From Bacteriovoracia bacterium (GTDB lineage: Bacteria > Bdellovibrionota > Bacteriovoracia > Bacteriovoracales > Bacteriovoracaceae), in contig JBKHVI010000027.1 of assembly GCA_046570105.1 (NCBI GenBank), positions 1 to 35,709 of the forward strand: 35,709 bases of DNA, written 5' to 3'. Below the pieces are notes generated by a model that was not told the origin of the DNA, did no database searches, and was given only the letters and a program-made list of their open reading frames with translations. Shown piece by piece: positions 1-8,918 of this stretch. Position numbers and translations under genes: made by a program. How positions within the stretch are numbered: the stretch's first letter is position 1; every line of letters begins with the position of its first letter.

Positions 1-906
1 TGTTAAGTCGGTGCTCACAGGACTTAAGGCCTCAGCGAGACGATTGAGATTCCACAAAGCGATGCCAGGTTGTTGTGAAAAACGATAACGACGATGCTGA
101 TTATCCGTTGTATTGGGTGTCCAGTTAGGATCATAAATGTCGAGCCAGCCATAAGGACCATAATCAATGGTGAGGCCCAAGATCGACATATTGTCTGTGT
201 TCATCACTCCATGAACAAAACCTACGCGCATCCACTCCACCATAAGCTTAGCAGTGCGCTCACACAATTCTTGAAAGAAGCTCTCAAGTGTGTGTCCTGG
301 ATAAAAACTTAAAGTGTAATCGATCAGCTTTTTGAGTTCATCAATTTCATTATGAGCGGTGTGAATTTGAAAATGACCAAAGCGAATAAAGCTCGGTGCC
401 ACACGCGTGACGATCGCTCCGGGCTCCATCGCTGAGTTGCCGTCATAGAACATGTCTCGCAAAACTTCTTCACCCGTTCCCACAAGACTTAAGGCCCGCG
501 TGGTAGGAATACCTAAAAAATGCATCGCCTCACTACAAAGATACTCTCTTACCGATGAGCGCAGTACGGCGCGACCATCACCACGACGTGAGTAGGGTGT
601 GACTCCTGCACCTTTTAATTGAATTTCCAGGCCATTTTTTTCGCCTAATAAAATAGCTCGGCCATCTCCGAGTTGACCCGCCCAGTGGCCGAATTGATGA
701 CCTCCATAGCGGGTGGCAATGGGTTTCATGCCAGGGAGCAATTGATTGCCCGCGAGCGTTCGAATAACGTCATCTGTTGGTACCATTTCAAGCTCGGCAG
801 CGACATCATTTGACCATGCTAAAAGCTTCGGAGCTCTGACGGGAGTAGGAGGAGTCAATGTATAGGCTTTTTCATTCAATTGATCAGCAAAGCTGTGTTG
901 AAACAT
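1..906 (-). CDS. selO: Protein adenylyltransferase SelO (YdiU family), 3' end runs off the window
   Basis: Not in the ORF track. Manual translation from ATG at 906 (GGAG SD upstream): [10 protein letters not shown]...[18 protein letters not shown]...[45 protein letters not shown], the diagnostic SelO motifs. Confidence 0.95.
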   Translation of the reverse strand, partial: MFQHSFADQLNEKAYTLTPPTPVRAPKLLAWSNDVAAELEMVPTDDVIRTLAGNQLLPGMKPIATRYGGHQFGHWAGQLGDGRAILLGEKNGLEIQLKGAGVTPYSRRGDGRAVLRSSVREYLCSEAMHFLGIPTTRALSLVGTGEEVLRDMFYDGNSAMEPGAIVTRVAPSFIRFGHFQIHTAHNEIDELKKLIDYTLSFYPGHTLESFFQELCERTAKLMVEWMRVGFVHGVMNTDNMSILGLTIDYGPYGWLDIYDPNWTPNTTDNQHRRYRFSQQPGIALWNLNRLAEALSPVSTDLT

Positions 907-932
907 GGTCGCTCCAGGCGTAAAATGCGCCT

Positions 933-1925
933 ATGAAAACACTATTTATTGTCCTCATAGGATGTATCAGTCTTTCTCTGTTTGCTCAAGAGAAGTGGAC
1001 TATCAATAAAGATCATTCGGAAGTTTTGTATCAAGTCAGCTATTTGAAAGTGTCAGAGGTGACAGGGCGCTTTAGAGATTATCAAGGTGAACTTCACTTT
1101 AATGAGAAAAATCTTCCAGAGCGTTTAAGCCTTGAACTCAGAGTCGAGTCACTTGACTCGGGTAATACTTTGCGTGATGGACATTTAAAGGCGCAAGATT
1201 TTTTGTACGCTAAAAAATATCCAGTTATTCGTTTTACGTCACAAAAGATTGAACAATTGCGTCCGACTCGCTTTAAGGCGATTGGAGAATTGGTCATTCG
1301 CGAAAAAATTGTCACCACCACTATTGAATTCGATTTAGTCGGTCCTTTGAAAGATACCTGGGGTCATCAAAGCCGTTTTGCTAAATTCTCTACGCTTATT
1401 AATCGAAAAGATTTCGGTATTCAGTGGAATAAGACTTTAGAGAAAGGTGAGTACTTGGTTGGCGACGTCATAAAAGTTTGGGGACAGTTTCAACTACAAG
1501 TATCTAACGATAAAACTCCCACAACGAAACATCTCATTCCTGACACACCTGCTATTCGTGAACGGGAAAAATTAGCTCGTGGTGAGAAAGCGCAAATAGC
1601 TTCCAACACAGCTTCGAGTGATTCGGCGATTCTCGCCTTTAAAGAAGAACACAAATTGGATGTGAGCACAGATAAAGTGATGCCTATCGAGACAGAGGTG
1701 CAAGGACGTCACTCAACTTTGTGGTGGGTTTCTTTGGCCACTTTAGGGATGATGGGATTTTTAGCCTCTATGGTCTTGGGACTTTATGCCAAGAAAGTGT
1801 TCTTAGATATGTTCCAAGAGAAATACCATGAGGCAGGCATGTGGGGGAATCTCTCGGACTTTGCCGTGATTTTCTTCGTGATGATTTATGCTGTGGTCTT
1901 CTACATCGTGGGATGGACGATTTAG
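933..1925 (+). CDS. YceI-family lipid/polyisoprenoid-binding protein with signal peptide and a C-terminal two-TM extension
   Basis: WTINKDHSEV, VTGRF, SGNTLRDGHLK..DF...KYP.I.F, INRKDFGI.WN are YceI motifs; hydrophobic N-terminus; two hydrophobic helices at the C-terminus. Confidence 0.88.
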   Translation: MKTLFIVLIGCISLSLFAQEKWTINKDHSEVLYQVSYLKVSEVTGRFRDYQGELHFNEKNLPERLSLELRVESLDSGNTLRDGHLKAQDFLYAKKYPVIRFTSQKIEQLRPTRFKAIGELVIREKIVTTTIEFDLVGPLKDTWGHQSRFAKFSTLINRKDFGIQWNKTLEKGEYLVGDVIKVWGQFQLQVSNDKTPTTKHLIPDTPAIREREKLARGEKAQIASNTASSDSAILAFKEEHKLDVSTDKVMPIETEVQGRHSTLWWVSLATLGMMGFLASMVLGLYAKKVFLDMFQEKYHEAGMWGNLSDFAVIFFVMIYAVVFYIVGWTI

Positions 1926-3178
1926 AGCGCCAAATAAAGCACTGACACTATTCCTAAGAGTCCCATCGCCCATGTGATGTCACGAATACGACCGACTAAT
2001 ACGTAAAGAGCGGCCTGGAGAAAGAGTCCGCTCATCAGCCCCTTAGTGATTGAGAAAGTCAGAGGGATGAGAATGATCGTTACTGCCGCTGGTACCCAAT
2101 CTTCAAATTTTTGTGTGTTAAGTTCAAAAATATTTTTAAACATTAAAAGTCCCACACAAATCAGAACCGGAGCTGTTGCTTGTGCCGGAACAATTCCAAT
2201 CAGCGGTGCTAAAAACAGGCAGGGGATAAAAAAGAGGGCGGTGAATATGGAAGTGAGTCCTGTACGTCCTCCGGCACTGACCCCTGCGGCACTTTCAATG
2301 TAGGCGGTACCTGCAGAAGTTCCCAAGGGGCCTGAGAGCATGGTCGCGATGGCATCAACGATCAGACCTTTGCGCAGATTAAGTGGATTGCCATCTTTAT
2401 CTTCAAGGCCTGCTGCCTTAGAGACGCCGACAAATGTTGAAACAGAATCAAACATATCGGTGAAAACCATCGAGAGAATCGCCGGAACTAAGGAGAGTTT
2501 TAGTGCACCCATAATATCGAGCTTCATAAAAACACTAGTAAAATCCGGAGTTGAGATCAGAGTATCAGGCATTTTCACCAAACCCATAAGGGAAGACAAA
2601 ATGGTGACAGTGAGAATCCCCGCTAGAAAAGCCAGGGGATGATTCTTTTTCATCAACGGAAGAATCACAAGTAAACCTACAACTGAAAGCAACACCGTCG
2701 GAGTCATCGCGCCCATGCGCACAAATGTTGCCGGATCCGAAATGATGAGGCCGGCATTTTTAAGCCCGATAAAAGTTAAAAACAAACCAATCCCCACTGC
2801 TGAGCCAATTTTCATATTATGCGGCAGTGATTCGGCGAGTTTTTCTCTAAGGGGAGTCGCGGAGATCAAAAGAAAAATCACTCCTGACCAAAAAACCATT
2901 CCAAGTGCCACGGGCCATGGGATCTGTTCGCCTAAAATAATTGTAAAAGTAAAAAAGGCATTAAGACCCATACCTGGAGCAATGGCAAAGGGGAGTTTCG
3001 CCCACGCACCCATCACAAATGTCATTAAGGCACTCAACAGTACAGTGGCGGTGAGCACACCAGTAAAACTCATACCGCTGCCAGGGGTAGCGAGAATCGC
3101 AGGATTCACAAATATGATGTAACTCATGGTAAGAAATGTGGTGAGCCCAGCAATAAATTCGGTGCGAATGTTTTTCAT
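1922..3178 (-). CDS. NCS2-family (AzgA/PbuG-like) purine nucleobase permease
   Basis: EFIAGLTTFLTMSYIIFVNP, APGMGLNAFF, YIESAAGVSAGGRTGLT motifs; many TM helices. Confidence 0.93.
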   Translation of the reverse strand: MKNIRTEFIAGLTTFLTMSYIIFVNPAILATPGSGMSFTGVLTATVLLSALMTFVMGAWAKLPFAIAPGMGLNAFFTFTIILGEQIPWPVALGMVFWSGVIFLLISATPLREKLAESLPHNMKIGSAVGIGLFLTFIGLKNAGLIISDPATFVRMGAMTPTVLLSVVGLLVILPLMKKNHPLAFLAGILTVTILSSLMGLVKMPDTLISTPDFTSVFMKLDIMGALKLSLVPAILSMVFTDMFDSVSTFVGVSKAAGLEDKDGNPLNLRKGLIVDAIATMLSGPLGTSAGTAYIESAAGVSAGGRTGLTSIFTALFFIPCLFLAPLIGIVPAQATAPVLICVGLLMFKNIFELNTQKFEDWVPAAVTIILIPLTFSITKGLMSGLFLQAALYVLVGRIRDITWAMGLLGIVSVLYLAL

Positions 3179-3248
3179 AGAATTATCATAGCGGTATCAT
3201 TGAAATTCGCGAAGCAGCATTTGGCAGAATTATGCTAGCCTTTGGCTC

Positions 3249-4106
3249 ATGAGTCACTGTCCCTATACACCATGGAACACTCGACGCTTCGTTGTTGGAG
3301 TGGGCCTTAAAAGTATTCCCGGCCAAAAGATTTTTTTACAGGACGAAGAGTGGGCCCATTATCGCGGCAACAAGGCCAATGTTCGTAACGAAAATCTTAC
3401 GAAGTATTATCCTGCCAATGTGGGGCTATCTGATGCTGAGTTAAGTGCCACCACGAATTATTTAAATGAGATCGCTCAGCTTGAAGGAATCATTGAGGCT
3501 ACACTTTTGCCTTCAGAGATACCGTTCAGAGATGAGTTTGATAAGTTCTGTTGTTCTGTGCAAGAAGATATTTCTATTTGGAAGAAAGAAGGTGAGCGTG
3601 AATGGCTCGCTGCCATTCATCTGGCCGCTCCCAATCACTGGGCACCGGAAGATAAGATAGGCAAAAGTTTTACTGACTCACATATTCCTGTTCCAAAAAT
3701 TGCTCCTATCTCACAGATCGCAGGAAAGCTTTTTCAACAAGGTCTCGAGCGTGGATTACAGGAGAGGCTGGCCTGGGGAGTGGCGACGGACAATCGACTG
3801 AATCACCATCCAACTCCACCGACAGGAATTAAGCTCGCCGATTGGCATGGCCGCAGTTTTGATCTCGATCATCCCAAACTTTACGCTCGAGTTGAGCGCC
3901 AAACGCTCTTCCCCGTGCCGGGTCATTCTTTGTTGGTATTTACCATTCGCACCTTCTTCGTTGATGTAGCGTCTTTACCTTCAGTCGATAAACAACAAAT
4001 CTCGCAGTGTATGGATAGTATGGATGAAGATATTCTGCGCTATAAGGGGCTCTTACTGGATAAGACTCCCATTCAAAATTGGCTGCAAAGTTTTTTTAAT
4101 TTATAG
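3249..4106 (+). CDS. DUF3445 / heme-dependent oxidative N-demethylase alpha-subunit-like protein
   Basis: VQEDI, P.HW.PEDKIG.S...H.PVP, RVERQTL...VFTIRT motifs recalled for this family. Confidence 0.78.
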   Translation: MSHCPYTPWNTRRFVVGVGLKSIPGQKIFLQDEEWAHYRGNKANVRNENLTKYYPANVGLSDAELSATTNYLNEIAQLEGIIEATLLPSEIPFRDEFDKFCCSVQEDISIWKKEGEREWLAAIHLAAPNHWAPEDKIGKSFTDSHIPVPKIAPISQIAGKLFQQGLERGLQERLAWGVATDNRLNHHPTPPTGIKLADWHGRSFDLDHPKLYARVERQTLFPVPGHSLLVFTIRTFFVDVASLPSVDKQQISQCMDSMDEDILRYKGLLLDKTPIQNWLQSFFNL

Positions 4107-4113
4107 GAAAGAA

Positions 4114-4455
4114 ATGATAACACCTATTCTGCTACTAATTGTTTCCAATGTGTTCATGACCATTGCTTGGTACGGCCACTTAAAAGGAGACATGACTCTC
4201 AAACCCTTATGGATTGTGGTTTTAGTCAGCTGGGGAATTGCTTTTTTTGAATATATCTTTCAAGTTCCGGCCAATCGTTTAGGTCATCAGTACTTCACTC
4301 TGCCGCAGCTCAAAGTAATGCAAGAAGTAATTACTATGACTGTGTTTGCGGTTTTTTGTGTCGCTTTTATGAAAGTGCCCCTCACAAAAAACTTTTTGTA
4401 CGCCTCAATTTGTCTGGTGGGTGCAGCGTTTTTTATCTTTCGTGATGTGAAATAA
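4114..4455 (+). CDS. Small DMT-superfamily membrane protein (DUF486-like)
   Basis: SNVFMTIAWYGHLK, SWGIAFFEY..QVPANR.G, QLKVMQEVIT; start moved to ATG 4114 (AGGA SD, 7 nt after the upstream stop). Confidence 0.88.
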   Translation: MITPILLLIVSNVFMTIAWYGHLKGDMTLKPLWIVVLVSWGIAFFEYIFQVPANRLGHQYFTLPQLKVMQEVITMTVFAVFCVAFMKVPLTKNFLYASICLVGAAFFIFRDVK

Positions 4456-6981
4456 CTAGGCCACAGGAAAGCTCACTACAAAACGCGTGTGGTGGTAGCG
4501 AGTATCAAACTCAAGATTCCCGCCATGAGCTTGTATAATCTTTAAAGAAATACTCAGACCAAGCCCTGAGCCTTGATTGAAATTTTTTGTGGTAAACCAA
4601 GGTAGCATAATTTTATGAGCAATTTCAGGAGCAATACCGACACCTGAATCAGTGACCGTTAAATAAATCTTCTCAGGCGTCTTTTTGGTCTCAATTTCAA
4701 TCCAAGCACCCTCACTACCCTTGATTGCGTCAAAGGCGTTATTGAGAAGATTAGCGACAACTTGTGAAATTTCAGTTTCACTTCCTAGAACATAGGCAGT
4801 GGGATCAAGCTTCAGTCGAAGATCAATATGAGAGTTTTTAAATTTCTCAATAACCAATTCAGTACAAACAGCTACCGGTGCTGAGAGACAAATTCTTTCG
4901 CGTTTAAGTTTAGAGCCATCACGCGCTAGCATTTGCATGCTATTCACAATTCTCCCAATACGCTCTGCTGTTAACGTGAGTCTTTCATGGAGAGGCAATA
5001 AGTCGTTCGCAGCCGTTTTCTTTTCTACAATTTCAATTCTTAAAATTTCAAGCAATCCTTTAATGATCCCCAAAGGATTATTGATTTCGTGGGCTATGCT
5101 CGAAGAAAGTTCACCAAGGGTGGCAAGTTTGGCTGTGCTCACTAAAGCTTCACTTTTTTGGTGAGCAATGGCATTCGCCTTCTGAGTGAGTTGTCCCATA
5201 TTGGCAGCGATAATCGCTAAGAGGACAGCGAGACTGGCCAGTAAGAAAGCGACCCAAACGGAGAGCCAATCTTTTGGATTGAGCATCAGTGGATCAGCGA
5301 ACCATTCTAGGCGAAATATTTTGTCGGCTATCTTTACTTCACCAGATTTAGTGAAAGGGCGATTAGAAATATGATCCTGACTTTGATAAAGGAGTTCATC
5401 TTTGCCTTCGTAATTAAAGAACAAACGATATCCAATGCCATTAGGCAGATCTTTCACTGCCTGGCTTAAAAAGTTCGACCATATGGCCGGTGCATACACC
5501 CAAGCGAGAAACTTTTTATTGGCGTAAACGGGAGCAAAATAGAGAAAGGCCGGAGTTAATTTTTCTTCTTGAACGAGTTGAACAGGAGGTGAAAGGACTA
5601 CGGCTCCCGTTGCTCGCGCTTTAAGTAACGATTCATACCGCCGCTTTTCAGTTGAGACGTCTAGGCCATAGGCAGTGAGGTTCGGTCCTCGAGGGGCAAT
5701 CTTGGTGATAATGAAGGCATCATCCGGAAAGATGTTTTCGACGTTTGGAACATTTTTTATCCGCGTAATGCTCGACTTACATTCTCTTTGATTTCGTGCC
5801 AGCCACTTATCGATATTTTTTCGTGGAGTGGGGTAAATAATTCCAACACCCAGGATGCCTGGATAATTTTCTATTAACTTAGAGTCGGCGACAAATCCTT
5901 GCCAATTATAAACGCAATTTTCCCCGATGCTGGTTAAGTGTGAAGCCATGGTTTGTATCGCAGAGGAATAAACATCAATCCTAGCAAGAAGGTTACTTTC
6001 AGCAATTCGGAATTGTTCTTTGATCGCCATGGTCTTTTGAGTACGAATAATTTCTAAAAGACCACCATAACAGAGACTTGCAATGACCCAAAAAAAGATC
6101 AGGAGTAGAACGGGCTGTCTATTTACTTTCTTACGATAAAAATCTTCAATAACAATGAGAGTTAGAGAAATCGAGGCAAAGACAACTTGTAGGTAAATCA
6201 AACTGATACTGGGAGAAGAGCTGAGATAGAGTCCACTGCCTTCGCGACCTGTTATGACCCCAATAACATAAAAGCCCAACGATGCTCCATAGGCCAAAAT
6301 GGGATGATAACTGTGGCCGAGCACCAACAATAAAATTAAAAAACAAAAGATGAAATAATCGCCGAGGCTACTGTAGGAGAAATACCAGACAGATATGGCA
6401 CAAACGACGGTGACAATAAAAAACAAAATAACATCGAGACTTTTATTGCGATGCTGGGCTTTCCACCATTCATAAATTGAATAGAAAAACGGTATGACGA
6501 CAAAAAATCCTAAGCAGTCCCCAATCGTCCAAACAAAGATCGAAAATAAGATATCAGTCGATTGAATAATGCCTGTAATGAAAAGTGCGCTGCTGCCAAT
6601 CGTGGCTGCGATAAGGGAAGGGATAATCGTGCAAGTGACCAGTCGAGCGATACGAAGATGAAAAGGTGAATCGGTTTTTAAATTTGAAAATGAGTTATAA
6701 ACTTGAACCGCAAAGAAGATTTCTAGGCCTGTACCTGCAGCAATGAGGGGTGCAGATATCCAAGATCCACCTTGAAGAAAATTAACCAAAAACGACCCAG
6801 TAATAACTCCCAAAAGTCCTGGGAGACCGCCATGACGAAAGATCAAAAAAGCAAAACCAGTCGCGGGCCAAACGGCGGAAACATGCAGATGAATATGGGC
6901 AATCTCAAGGCCAAGCTTAGCGAGGCTAAAATAGCCTAAAAGGCCAAGCAGGAAAGTTCCTATAATGCGCATAGAATCCAT
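4456..6981 (-). CDS. Membrane sensor histidine kinase, MASE1 + CHASE + HisKA + HATPase
   Basis: VWPATG and W.IGD..G (MASE1); YPGILGVG, N..AYGLDV..E..R..SL..AR.TG, P.QLVQE (CHASE); IAHEINNPL, NLLNNAFDA, DSGVGI, GSGLGLSIS. Confidence 0.9.
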   Translation of the reverse strand: MDSMRIIGTFLLGLLGYFSLAKLGLEIAHIHLHVSAVWPATGFAFLIFRHGGLPGLLGVITGSFLVNFLQGGSWISAPLIAAGTGLEIFFAVQVYNSFSNLKTDSPFHLRIARLVTCTIIPSLIAATIGSSALFITGIIQSTDILFSIFVWTIGDCLGFFVVIPFFYSIYEWWKAQHRNKSLDVILFFIVTVVCAISVWYFSYSSLGDYFIFCFLILLLVLGHSYHPILAYGASLGFYVIGVITGREGSGLYLSSSPSISLIYLQVVFASISLTLIVIEDFYRKKVNRQPVLLLIFFWVIASLCYGGLLEIIRTQKTMAIKEQFRIAESNLLARIDVYSSAIQTMASHLTSIGENCVYNWQGFVADSKLIENYPGILGVGIIYPTPRKNIDKWLARNQRECKSSITRIKNVPNVENIFPDDAFIITKIAPRGPNLTAYGLDVSTEKRRYESLLKARATGAVVLSPPVQLVQEEKLTPAFLYFAPVYANKKFLAWVYAPAIWSNFLSQAVKDLPNGIGYRLFFNYEGKDELLYQSQDHISNRPFTKSGEVKIADKIFRLEWFADPLMLNPKDWLSVWVAFLLASLAVLLAIIAANMGQLTQKANAIAHQKSEALVSTAKLATLGELSSSIAHEINNPLGIIKGLLEILRIEIVEKKTAANDLLPLHERLTLTAERIGRIVNSMQMLARDGSKLKRERICLSAPVAVCTELVIEKFKNSHIDLRLKLDPTAYVLGSETEISQVVANLLNNAFDAIKGSEGAWIEIETKKTPEKIYLTVTDSGVGIAPEIAHKIMLPWFTTKNFNQGSGLGLSISLKIIQAHGGNLEFDTRYHHTRFVVSFPVA

Positions 6982-7060
6982 GAGTTAATCTTAGGGAAAG
7001 AGTGCTGCTATGTAAAACTTACCGTCGCCAGAGTAAGCTGCAAAAAGGTAGTTTCCCTCC

Positions 7061-8902
7061 ATGCTTACACCTATCAATCCCGACTCGATTCCTCTGACCG
7101 CTTGGCTTCCCTTAACAGCTAAGGAAGCTAAGAAGCGTGGTTGGGACGAACTCGATGTGATTTTGGTATCAGGCGATGCCTATGTGGATCATCCCGCCTT
7201 CGGTACGGCCGTTATTGGTCGCATTTTGGAGTCGATGGGTATGAAGGTTGCCATTGTCGCCCAACCCAACTGGCAAGATGATCTAAGGGACTTCAAGAAA
7301 TTTGGAAAACCGAAATACTTTTTTGGTGTGACCAGCGGGAATATGGATTCGATGGTGAATAAGTACACCGCCGCCAAGCGCACTCGCTCAGAAGACGCCT
7401 ACACTCCCGGTGGTGCCACCAATCATCGGCCAGATTACGCCACCAGTGTTTATAGCAAAATATTAAAAGAACTTTATCCTGACACACCGGTTGTTTTGGG
7501 TGGTATCGAAGCCTCACTTCGTCGTGTGACTCACTATGATTACTGGTCCGATCGCTTAATGCCCAATATTCTCAGTTCATCAGGCGCAGACATGCTGATT
7601 TATGGCATGGGCGAGCAACCTTTGCGTGATATCGCTAAGCTCGTTTCAAAGGGAATTCCTTTCTCAGAGCTGCGCAATGTTCCACAAACAGCTTTTTTAG
7701 TTGATGAAAAAGAATCTCTCCCAAAAGTGAAATGGGAAGATCAAGAACTAACCAGTCATGAAGAGTGCTTGCAAGACAAGTTGGCCTACTCACGCAACTT
7801 TATGCATGTCGAAGTGGAAAGTAATAAGCAATACGCTAACCGCTTATTACAGAAGGTGAGTGGTAAGACGCTGGTGATTAATCCTCCTTATCAGACGATG
7901 ACCGAGTCGGAGATCGATGCTTCGTTTGATCTTCCTTACACTCGCTTGCCTCATCCAAAATACAAAGACCGCGGTCCGATCAGTGCTTTTGAGATGATTA
8001 AGTTTTCTCTTAACACTCATCGTGGCTGTTTTGGCGGTTGTTCATTCTGCACCATCTCAGCTCACCAAGGTAAGATGATCGCTTCACGCTCGAAAGAGTC
8101 CGTCATGAAAGAGCTCGATCAAGTGGTCAAAATGCCAGACTTCAAAGGCTATATCTCAGATATGGGTGGACCTTCCGCCAATATGTATCAGATGAAGGGG
8201 ATTGATCAGGCGCTGTGTGATAAGTGTGCCGCTCCTTCATGCGTCTTCCCACAAGTTTGTAAAAATTTAGAAACTGATCCTTCGAAAATGACTGATCTCT
8301 ACAAGTCAGTGGCTGCTCACCCTCAAGTGAAGAAAGCCTTTGTGAGTTCGGGCCTTCGCTATGATTTGATGTTTGATCCGCGCTCTAGTCACCCTGAGAA
8401 GGACGAGGAGTATGTTGAGCAGCTAGTGACTCATCATGTTTCTGGTCGCTTAAAAGTGGCCCCTGAGCATACTGAAGATCATGTATTAAAATTAATGCGC
8501 AAACCGAGTTTTGATTTCTTTAAGATCTTTAAAAAGCGTTTTGAAGAAATTTCTAAAAAGAAGGGACTCAAGCAAGAAATCATCCCCTATTTTATTTCCA
8601 GCCATCCAGGTTGTAAGCCAGAAGATATGGCCCACTTGGCGTCTAAAACCATGAAGCTTGGTTACAAGCTTGAACAGGTGCAGGACTTCACGCCCACGCC
8701 CATGACCGTTGCGACTGAAATCTACTATTCAGGACATCATCCTTACACTTTAAAGCCGGTCGAAACGGCGATTACCTTGGATGATAAGACCAAGCAGCGC
8801 ACTTTCTTCTTCTGGTATAAAACCGAGAATAAGAACTTTGTGCGTAACTTCCTAGCGAAGCACCAAATGAAAGAGCTCCAGAAGGAGCTCTTTGGGGCCT
8901 AG
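7061..8902 (+). CDS. ygiQ: YgiQ-family radical SAM protein
   Basis: VSGDAYVDHP, GNMDSMV, GGIEASLRR, RGCFGGCSFC (CxxxCxxC), LKVAPEH, PYFISSHPG, EQVQDFTPTP. Confidence 0.93.
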   Translation: MLTPINPDSIPLTAWLPLTAKEAKKRGWDELDVILVSGDAYVDHPAFGTAVIGRILESMGMKVAIVAQPNWQDDLRDFKKFGKPKYFFGVTSGNMDSMVNKYTAAKRTRSEDAYTPGGATNHRPDYATSVYSKILKELYPDTPVVLGGIEASLRRVTHYDYWSDRLMPNILSSSGADMLIYGMGEQPLRDIAKLVSKGIPFSELRNVPQTAFLVDEKESLPKVKWEDQELTSHEECLQDKLAYSRNFMHVEVESNKQYANRLLQKVSGKTLVINPPYQTMTESEIDASFDLPYTRLPHPKYKDRGPISAFEMIKFSLNTHRGCFGGCSFCTISAHQGKMIASRSKESVMKELDQVVKMPDFKGYISDMGGPSANMYQMKGIDQALCDKCAAPSCVFPQVCKNLETDPSKMTDLYKSVAAHPQVKKAFVSSGLRYDLMFDPRSSHPEKDEEYVEQLVTHHVSGRLKVAPEHTEDHVLKLMRKPSFDFFKIFKKRFEEISKKKGLKQEIIPYFISSHPGCKPEDMAHLASKTMKLGYKLEQVQDFTPTPMTVATEIYYSGHHPYTLKPVETAITLDDKTKQRTFFFWYKTENKNFVRNFLAKHQMKELQKELFGA

Positions 8903-8918
8903 TCTTTCTTTATTAGCA

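Noticed and set aside
94..312. 72-aa plus-strand ORF
   Set aside because: Antisense shadow of selO, which occupies 1-906 on the minus strand.
2046..3122. Three plus-strand ORFs of 85-135 aa
   Set aside because: Antisense shadows of the NCS2 permease with no recognisable motifs. The same applies to the other short ORFs nested in long genes.
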